A stretch of DNA of 64,000 nt from a virus: IMG/VR virus record IMGVR_UViG_3300030333_002778, positions 1 to 64,000 of that record. One strand, given 5' to 3'. Of this stretch, positions 56,844 through 64,000 are shown one piece after another. Within the stretch, counting starts at the first letter, position 1, and each line of letters starts with the position of its first letter. The notes under the pieces are model-generated. The model saw nothing but the letters and a program-made list of their open reading frames with translations. It was not told where the DNA came from and did no database searches. The translations under genes and the position numbers were made by a program.

Positions 56844-59800
56844 CTATTTTTTGATCCAGTTTGGATGTACTATACTTGTATTAAAAAGATTATCTTTATT
56901 GTATCCGAATTCTCCTATAGAGAAATGCCACCATTCTTTTGGATTTTGTAGTAATGGTTCATATGTATATATCTCTCCAAAAGGATTATCTTGATATCCT
57001 AAGTCTTCTTGTCTTGTTTTGAATAAAGGATCGCTAGTAGGGAACGTATCTGTACCATACATTCCTCCTCTAGTAGCCTCTCGAGAACCTGCTTGTGATA
57101 AAGATTTTAATACTACTCCTGCTATTATACCTTTAATATCACCTAGATTTCCAAAGTTATTTCCTATTTCTTCAAGATCAGTAAGAGTAGATAGCATTGT
57201 ACCATTTTTATCAAATATTGCCATATCATAATGACCAGGCTCTTGAGAAATATCAAATGCTTGTCCTATTACATGGAATCCTTTATTACCTTCTGCAACA
57301 TAAGGACCTACTTTACCCCCATCAATCCATTCTTGATGTGCTTGTTGTTGTCCTGTATAAGATCTAGATATATCAGAAATAGGTATTCTAAATCCACCTG
57401 CTCCTCCAGATACAAAGCCTAATTGTAATTCTCCACTTTCTATTAATTCTCCTACATTTTGATTTAAATAAGTGTCACCTGATGTATAAGGTAATTTAAA
57501 ACTTTTTAAGACATCAAATATACCATAAAGATTTCCATTTTTATCAGATCTATCAAAGAAATTTACTTGCTGTCCATCTACTATTTGAGATGATCCTAAA
57601 ACTCTATTAACCTCATCAAAAGATAACTTCATTATTTCAGCTAATGGTTTCTTTATATTTACATTTGAATCTATAACATTATTTCCGCTTGCCATTCCAA
57701 ACCCTATATCATATAAGTTATGAGTTTGCCAATGTTCATCACTATAAACTGTTTGTCCTTTTTTAGCAAGGAATCCAAACTCACTTCCAAATGAATCTTG
57801 TACATCAAACACCATTTCATTTGCAGTAACTGGTTTATTAGGTTGTCCCTGAGGTACAATATCCCAACTTTCTGCATCTATTCCTCGATTAATTGCATTC
57901 TTTTTATCTTTCTTTAACCAGTAACTAGCTTCATTTATTCTTGAAGGATCATTAAACATTAATATATTACCTAATTGAACTATTTCATCTCCATTGAACA
58001 TTGTTGTTCCATCTGCATATACAGGCTGGCCATTTTCATAATCAATTATAGTACCTTTTGTAGGTACAAATATATTATTTCCTACACTTAATGCTTCTCC
58101 ATCAGGTCCTTCTTTAAAGTAATATAGTCCTACTGGTACACCATCTGACCTTAAAGTATTACTTGGTATTATATTACCTGGTATTTCTCTTGCTTTAGAT
58201 TGGTCTAAATAAGCAAGGAAATTACTATTATTTACCATTTGTTGGTTTGTACTCAATTCTATTTGCTTATTATTATCATCTTTACCATAATTTAAATGTA
58301 AATTTTGATATTGAGGAGTAGCTGCAGTGTATATTCTTAAGTTAGGTTTATCTGCATCACCAGTAGGTAGGTTTAATTCAACTGCATATCCATCAAATGC
58401 TCCTATAGGCGTTGAAGAGTAATGTAAGATAACATTCTTTCCTATTCTATAATCATCTTCATATGTTTTATTTGCAGCGGTTGGAGATTGACCCCATTGA
58501 TAATCTTCCATTAATTCTAACACTTGTTGAGAATTTAGTGTAGTACCATCTTCTAATACCCATGGATGATCTTCTTCACCAAATAATATTTGTGTATATG
58601 TTTTAGCCTCTTCTGCATCTACATCAGCAAATCCAGTACCTTTATATTGATTATTATTATAATTTCTACCATTAAAAGGTTTTGTATCTCCAACTATTTG
58701 TGTCATTTCACTATAAATAGGAGCAGCATTACCTGGACCTATCCATTGGAAATATCCATCCCACTGTGTTAATACTTGTTCATAATTATCAGCTGTACCT
58801 GCCATATTATATAATTTTTGCATATCTCCTACTCCCGCAATAGGATCTCCATCTTCATCAAATTGTAAGAAAGTAAATCCATTTTGCATAAACGCATCTC
58901 TATCAGCAGCATTATTATAATCATACCACACACCATTAAGACTAACCTGTGAAGCAAAACCATTCTCATCCATACTAGCTGGGTTAGCTTCTATATCTAA
59001 ATTACTAGCAGCTTGTTGGAATAAATTCATAAGAGAGAATTCATAATTCTTCATTTTACTTTCAGCCAATAATATTTGATTATCTAAAGTTTCTCTTAAT
59101 TTAGAATCAAGATTACCACTTCTTTCTAGATTTGCTTTTCTATTTAAAAGATCTAAATATTGAACTTTAAGATTTTTAACTTCTTGTGCAAAATAACTAC
59201 TTTGCCATTGAGGTTCTTGTTCAGATATTACTACTCGTTCTGGTTTTGATGTAGCTTCTTCACCATTCCATGTCCATATATTTTCTAAAATAGGTTTTCC
59301 AACTGTCATGTTCACTGATCCTACAGTACTCTTTTCAAAGTTTATATCTTTAACATCTGGTCCAGTATTACCTGGAGTAGTATTTCCTCCTTTTGTAGAT
59401 GTTATATCAAAAGTAAGATCTGATTCTAAGAATCTTTCAGCCATTCTTCCTAATAAACCAGCTCTAGCATATGATAAAGCAGCATTAGTAGGTTGACCAT
59501 TTTGATCTAGTAATGGATTCTCTTCTAGTACTCCATCTATTAATTCTTGTGCATTTTCTTGATCTCCATAAAGATTTTTCAAATATGTCATTGCATAATC
59601 ATTAACAGAGCTTATATAATCTTCTTCAGTATTATACCATTCAGGAGAAAGCATTAAATTTAATTCATTTCTAAATCCAGAATTAAGTGCAGACATATTA
59701 TTCATAGTTGCTGTTCCTGCAGTATGATATAATCTAGCTCTATTAATAGAATTATTTTTAGTTTTTATTACTTGTCCTGAAGTTTCAGAATCAGGATCCA

Positions 59801-60449
59801 TATCAATAACATCTGTTTCTGTAAGTTCTTTTTGTAGATCTTTAAAGATAGCATCTATTTCTGAATCTTGATCTACATTAGGATGTAAACCTGAATATAC
59901 AAATGGATTAAATGTTTGTTGACCTGTAGCATCATTATACGACATATGATCCTCATAGTTTATTGAACCATCAGAACCAACTCCTTCTTGTATCCATGTA
60001 TTAAAGTTACCCGGATCTAAAAAAGGATTAAATATTTCATCATAATCTCCTGCTGTTCTGGCTTCATTCTGTGCTTTAATATACTCACTAACATTTGCTG
60101 TATTAGTTTTAATTTGGTATAGATTTCCAAATTTCATATCTTTATCTACTTGTCTAGCTATTGTTTTTAATTCTGGAATCATAGCATAGTAGTTTCCATT
60201 GTATTGATTGTACAGATCGTCTAATTGGGTAGTAACGTTTTCTCTATATTCTTTTAGATATTTTTTTTCTGCTGGGTGATATGCTTGTATACCCATGATT
60301 GAATCTTGGGTAGCATTAAATAATAATTCTCCCTGATTATCTCTTTTCTTTTGTTGTCCCGCCATCGTTGCCAATTCTTGAAATGGTAAAGGAACGTAAG
60401 TATTTATTACGTTCTGTTTAGCCGGACTCATGTATTCATTTATAGCCAT
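56844..60449 (-). CDS. Virion cargo protein with C-terminal M15-family peptidase
   Basis: N-terminal YVPLPFQEL; C-terminal SRSY..QQ, FHVIGQAFD, EWWHF. Confidence 0.75.
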   Translation of the reverse strand: MAINEYMSPAKQNVINTYVPLPFQELATMAGQQKKRDNQGELLFNATQDSIMGIQAYHPAEKKYLKEYRENVTTQLDDLYNQYNGNYYAMIPELKTIARQVDKDMKFGNLYQIKTNTANVSEYIKAQNEARTAGDYDEIFNPFLDPGNFNTWIQEGVGSDGSINYEDHMSYNDATGQQTFNPFVYSGLHPNVDQDSEIDAIFKDLQKELTETDVIDMDPDSETSGQVIKTKNNSINRARLYHTAGTATMNNMSALNSGFRNELNLMLSPEWYNTEEDYISSVNDYAMTYLKNLYGDQENAQELIDGVLEENPLLDQNGQPTNAALSYARAGLLGRMAERFLESDLTFDITSTKGGNTTPGNTGPDVKDINFEKSTVGSVNMTVGKPILENIWTWNGEEATSKPERVVISEQEPQWQSSYFAQEVKNLKVQYLDLLNRKANLERSGNLDSKLRETLDNQILLAESKMKNYEFSLMNLFQQAASNLDIEANPASMDENGFASQVSLNGVWYDYNNAADRDAFMQNGFTFLQFDEDGDPIAGVGDMQKLYNMAGTADNYEQVLTQWDGYFQWIGPGNAAPIYSEMTQIVGDTKPFNGRNYNNNQYKGTGFADVDAEEAKTYTQILFGEEDHPWVLEDGTTLNSQQVLELMEDYQWGQSPTAANKTYEDDYRIGKNVILHYSSTPIGAFDGYAVELNLPTGDADKPNLRIYTAATPQYQNLHLNYGKDDNNKQIELSTNQQMVNNSNFLAYLDQSKAREIPGNIIPSNTLRSDGVPVGLYYFKEGPDGEALSVGNNIFVPTKGTIIDYENGQPVYADGTTMFNGDEIVQLGNILMFNDPSRINEASYWLKKDKKNAINRGIDAESWDIVPQGQPNKPVTANEMVFDVQDSFGSEFGFLAKKGQTVYSDEHWQTHNLYDIGFGMASGNNVIDSNVNIKKPLAEIMKLSFDEVNRVLGSSQIVDGQQVNFFDRSDKNGNLYGIFDVLKSFKLPYTSGDTYLNQNVGELIESGELQLGFVSGGAGGFRIPISDISRSYTGQQQAHQEWIDGGKVGPYVAEGNKGFHVIGQAFDISQEPGHYDMAIFDKNGTMLSTLTDLEEIGNNFGNLGDIKGIIAGVVLKSLSQAGSREATRGGMYGTDTFPTSDPLFKTRQEDLGYQDNPFGEIYTYEPLLQNPKEWWHFSIGEFGYNKDNLFNTSIVHPNWIKK

Positions 60450-60456
60450 ATCTTAT

Positions 60457-63400
60457 TTATTTTGTAGTTTTAAAAAGATCAAATAAATTACTAAGGTTAA
60501 AATCATCTCCTCCAATATTTAAATCACCTTTAAATGCATCCATGTCAAAAGCTCCATCTTCACCAAAATAATTTGGAAACATTCTTTGTATTCCGCTTAG
60601 TTTTAATGCATCCATATTTTGTAAATTTTGTGTTAGCTTATTTTTCTGAGCTAAATTAGATATACCTTCAAAGAATGATTTTTCAAAGCCTTGTTGAACT
60701 CCTTTTCTTTGATTCATAATATTTCTAATTCTTGCAGTTTCTTGTCTTTCACTTTCACCTATTTTAAATAAAGCATCTGCATAAGAAGCAGCTCCTTTTT
60801 TATTCATTTCTTCAAATAGCGCTCTAGTTTTTTGATCTGCTCCCATCTTAGTACCAAACAATTTAGCTAGATTACTAGCATATTCAGAAGAACTACCTCC
60901 ACTAGCATCTCTTAAATAGTTAGTTGCTGTATTTAACATTTGTTCATTAGAAGCAAGAGCAGATGTAGGATCATTATACATATTACCTTCTAAAGTTCTT
61001 AAAAGTTGTTCTGTTCTTTTATTACGTATAGGCGCTTCTCTTTGAATAGGTTCTTTAGATTTAAAAAAGTTATACCAATTAGCTGCATTTTCTGGTCCAA
61101 AAGTAGAACCTATTCTATCAAGAAATCCTTTTTCTCCAAATAGGTTTGATAGAAAATTCTTTTTATTTCCCCCTTCTCCATCTTCTCCATTACCATCACC
61201 AGTATTTCCTGTATTATTATTTTGATCAAGTTCTTGCTGAGTAACTGGAGCCATATCTTCATCGCTAATATCAGTCTTATATATATTTCTAGCATCATCC
61301 CACCAATCTTCAAAAGTTTCTCCTGCTCCACCTTCAAAATCAGGTCCTTTATTTTCTTGCCATAATTTTCTAGCTTTATTTTTATTAAGAATACTAGCCA
61401 TATCACCTTCTTCTAGTACTTCGTTTTTACTATATAAATCCAAAGCATCACTTACTCTAATTTTAGGTCCTATATTTAAGTTTGAAAAAGGTTTTTTTAA
61501 TGTTGAGAAAAAGTCTTTATAACTTTGTCTTCTTGCATCAAGATCTGCTCCTTCAGGAAAAGGTCCAAACATAGGATCTTGACCACCTTCAGCGCTCCAT
61601 CTTTCTTTTGGGCCACCTTCTTTAGTACGATTAGGATTTAACCAATCTATAACACTTTGTACTTTTCTTTTACCTTCTCCTGTTTTTATTCTTGGTATTC
61701 TTCCTCTAAAAGGTTCTATAGGAGTACTCATAAATTCATCGTATTCTTCCTCTTCTGCTGCTACATCTAGGTTTCCTGCATTCGGATCATTTTTTCTTCC
61801 AAAATTTGTAGGTAATCCTAACTCATCTGCAACTATATCCCACTGACTATTTGCTTGGTATTGGGACAAAGGAGGTGGTTTAGAACCTTCTCCAACAGTT
61901 CTATCATCAACAGGAGTCTCCCCGCTTAATATAGCACCAAGATCATTTCCCATTAAACCTCTTTCCATTAAATTAAAACTAGGCTTACCCTCTATAGGGT
62001 CTCTTTTTTCATTTACTGCATTGAATCTACTTAGATCTACATCTCCAAACTCTAAAGGAGTGTTCATAAATTCATCATACTCTTCTTCTTCAGCTTGTGT
62101 ATCAAGAGCTCCTGGATCTACTTTATCTGCAGTTAGATCTATACTCTCTAACATATTACCACCCTGTACTACATTTCCTTCAGCATCTATCCAACTATCA
62201 CTCTCAACACCACGTGGTCTGTAAGTTGAATCGAACTGCATATACTGATCTCGTAATTCATCAGTCATTACAGGAGCTTCTGAAACGACTGTATTTCCTC
62301 CTCCTGTTATTTGTTGTATAACAAATTTACCATAAGGATCTCCATAATTTCTTGATATATCTTCTAATTGTTGTTGTAAACTCCAATCATTCAGATCTTT
62401 TCCTGCATATGTTGTAACTAAATCTTGTATAATTTGTTCCATATTAGGAGGTTGTGCTTGTTTCGTGTCCCCTCCAGTTTCATATTTTCTCATTCCATAT
62501 GCAGCCAATGGCATTCCTGGTGGTGGAGGTCCTTGTTGAGGTCCCTGTTGTTGCTGTTGAGCAAAATATTTTTGAGCTAGATCTGGAAAATCTCTCATAA
62601 GTTCCTCAGGAGTAGCGCCTCCTTTCATAGCATCTCCAAATGCTATTTGTCTAGCTTGTTCTTGTTCTTGCTCTAAATCTTGTAATTGTTTTTGTTTAGA
62701 CTTCATCATTTGTTGTGCAGTCTTCTTACCTATATCGTCAATACTAGGATCGTTTAATATCTTTTTTAGTTTTTCCATATCTTTTGCAAGCTTTTTAGAA
62801 GCGTCTGCAAATGACATATTGTGTATTTTAGATTTTAATTTTTTAGAAAATACATACTGCTCTTGACCTCCTCCATTTACTACTTCTCCTCCTTGAGAGT
62901 GACTCTTTCCTTTTAACTCATGTAATCCAGGCATTCCTGTAGATTGCATTTGTCCTGTAGTTTGTGGAGGTGTATTACTTTTAATAGTTTCTCCTCCTTC
63001 TGCTTCATATTCATTACCTTGGCCTCCATACATTCTTCGTCCTCCTTCTGAACCTAATAACATAGGCAGTTTATTATTATACCAACTAGCCATCCAGCTC
63101 ATTTCATCACCCTCACCTAAACCTTCAATTTCACTTTTAACATTTCCTAATTGACCAGCCATACTACCCATATAATCCATCATTTCCATTCCTAGATTTG
63201 GCATATCTAAAAATGGAGTCTCAGCTTTACTTTGTAAAGCCATTAAATTATCTGTTAATCCTGCTATATTAGAAGTTTTAGTACCTCCTGTTGTTAGTTC
63301 GTCTTCTAATTGATTTGCTTTAGTTCTAGCTTCATTTCTTTCTTCTCTTATTTTTTGATTTTCATTAAAAATATATTTAGAGCCCATAGAATCTAATATA

Positions 63401-63564
63401 GGATCTGCTAAAGAAAAAGGAAAAGGTAAAGCCTGAGCTACATTTAAATCTCCTATTGTTCCTGCTAATTTTAATCCCTGACTTGCTTTAGGCATTCTCA
63501 TAGGATTACCTCCGTAGGCATACCACGAAGTTGTCTTTTTTACTTTCTTTTTTCTTTTAGCCAT
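60457..63564 (-). CDS. Virion cargo/ejection protein
   Basis: EAEGGE, GKSHSQGGE, VFSKKL, SFADASK motifs; position between muzzle and RNAP genes. Confidence 0.72.
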   Translation of the reverse strand: MAKRKKKVKKTTSWYAYGGNPMRMPKASQGLKLAGTIGDLNVAQALPFPFSLADPILDSMGSKYIFNENQKIREERNEARTKANQLEDELTTGGTKTSNIAGLTDNLMALQSKAETPFLDMPNLGMEMMDYMGSMAGQLGNVKSEIEGLGEGDEMSWMASWYNNKLPMLLGSEGGRRMYGGQGNEYEAEGGETIKSNTPPQTTGQMQSTGMPGLHELKGKSHSQGGEVVNGGGQEQYVFSKKLKSKIHNMSFADASKKLAKDMEKLKKILNDPSIDDIGKKTAQQMMKSKQKQLQDLEQEQEQARQIAFGDAMKGGATPEELMRDFPDLAQKYFAQQQQQGPQQGPPPPGMPLAAYGMRKYETGGDTKQAQPPNMEQIIQDLVTTYAGKDLNDWSLQQQLEDISRNYGDPYGKFVIQQITGGGNTVVSEAPVMTDELRDQYMQFDSTYRPRGVESDSWIDAEGNVVQGGNMLESIDLTADKVDPGALDTQAEEEEYDEFMNTPLEFGDVDLSRFNAVNEKRDPIEGKPSFNLMERGLMGNDLGAILSGETPVDDRTVGEGSKPPPLSQYQANSQWDIVADELGLPTNFGRKNDPNAGNLDVAAEEEEYDEFMSTPIEPFRGRIPRIKTGEGKRKVQSVIDWLNPNRTKEGGPKERWSAEGGQDPMFGPFPEGADLDARRQSYKDFFSTLKKPFSNLNIGPKIRVSDALDLYSKNEVLEEGDMASILNKNKARKLWQENKGPDFEGGAGETFEDWWDDARNIYKTDISDEDMAPVTQQELDQNNNTGNTGDGNGEDGEGGNKKNFLSNLFGEKGFLDRIGSTFGPENAANWYNFFKSKEPIQREAPIRNKRTEQLLRTLEGNMYNDPTSALASNEQMLNTATNYLRDASGGSSSEYASNLAKLFGTKMGADQKTRALFEEMNKKGAASYADALFKIGESERQETARIRNIMNQRKGVQQGFEKSFFEGISNLAQKNKLTQNLQNMDALKLSGIQRMFPNYFGEDGAFDMDAFKGDLNIGGDDFNLSNLFDLFKTTK

Positions 63565-63585
63565 TATATATTATTTACCAATTTA

Positions 63586-63616
63586 CAAAAATAATTAAAT
63601 TTATTAAACTTCCAAA
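63586..63616 (-). promoter_or_regulatory. Bacteroidota sigma70-type promoter for the cargo/RNAP operon
   Basis: Minus strand TTTG-N19-TATTTTTG. Confidence 0.78.
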
Positions 63617-63620
63617 CTTT

Positions 63621-64000
63621 TTATCTGAAAGAAGCTCTAAAATGTACCTGAAAATAGTAAAGTAAAAACTTTATATTTTTAGATACTCCAGTTACATCAT
63701 CAAAATTATCATATATAAGTTCTGTCATTATATATTTATCTCTTAATCTTTCCTTAAATAATCTACTAGGATCATATAATGATTCATTAAATACATCGGG
63801 GTTTTGAATATCTGCATTTATAACATTTCTAGGAACAATCATTTGCCAACTACCTTCTATATCTTTTACATTATCTCCTGGAACTAAATCTATCCATCCA
63901 CTAGATTGATAGTTATTAGTATATCTAACTTCTTTAAAAGGATCTCTAACTGATACTTGATAATTAAATACAGATTCTTCTGTTACTCTATAAGTTTCCA
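63621..64000 (-). CDS. Tail stabilization/muzzle protein, C-terminal part (partial)
   Basis: Frame is open to the window end; YTNNYQSSGWIDL...W..IVPRN...ERLRDKYIMTELIYDN. Confidence 0.75.
   Translation of the reverse strand, partial: ETYRVTEESVFNYQVSVRDPFKEVRYTNNYQSSGWIDLVPGDNVKDIEGSWQMIVPRNVINADIQNPDVFNESLYDPSRLFKERLRDKYIMTELIYDNFDDVTGVSKNIKFLLYYFQVHFRASFR

Noticed and set aside
3701-62321. Many antisense or nested ORFs in the track (e.g. 3701, 4885, 6203, 8130, 9980, 10454, 16025, 17125, 29698, 38106, 40708, 44707, 57019, 61110, 62021)
   Set aside because: They lie within well-supported genes, have shadow-frame composition and show no motifs
1-64000. Stop-codon reassignment (TAG/TGA), as in some crAss-like phages
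   Set aside because: Long genes, including the 5153-aa ORF, are intact in code 11; TAG and TGA end tightly coupled genes; no suppressor tRNA seen
1-64000. DGR/retron reverse transcriptase, integrase or transposase
   Set aside because: No RT, recombinase or transposase motifs recognised in any ORF

Overview
About 64 kb of an AT-rich crAss-like (Crassvirales-type) phage genome in the standard genetic code. The host is probably Bacteroidota/Flavobacteriia, inferred from TTG-N19-TAnnTTTG promoters, SD-less A-rich leaders and a T9SS-CTD-like tail. Layout: (i) minus-strand late head/packaging/lysis arm (1-22.6 kb) with auxiliary capsid, ring, major capsid, scaffold, two large cargo-like proteins, portal, TerL, a five-gene envelope cassette, a DUF5675-type peptidase and a tRNA-Met(CAT); (ii) a strand switch with a C-rich motif at about 22.7 kb, then an early region (22.7-27.4 kb) with three copies of a phage-specific promoter-like motif, many membrane micro-proteins and about 14 self-closing RNA stem domains; (iii) a compact plus-strand replication module (PolA, SF2 helicase, DnaB, Sak4-like ATPase, SSB, primase, rIIA/rIIB, RusA-like, RecE-like); (iv) a minus-strand 5153-aa virion RNA polymerase polyprotein, two cargo proteins and the 3' end of the muzzle gene. 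The most interesting observations are the tandem structured-ncRNA arrays in the early region, a 76-nt tmRNA tRNA-like domain (G3:U70) hidden in frame inside an 855-aa virion gene, the beta-barrel/LDLa-T9SS/redox-dead thioredoxin cassette, and a recurrent basic-x-GG motif on cargo-like proteins. All functional calls come from reading motifs by eye; no database searches were run.
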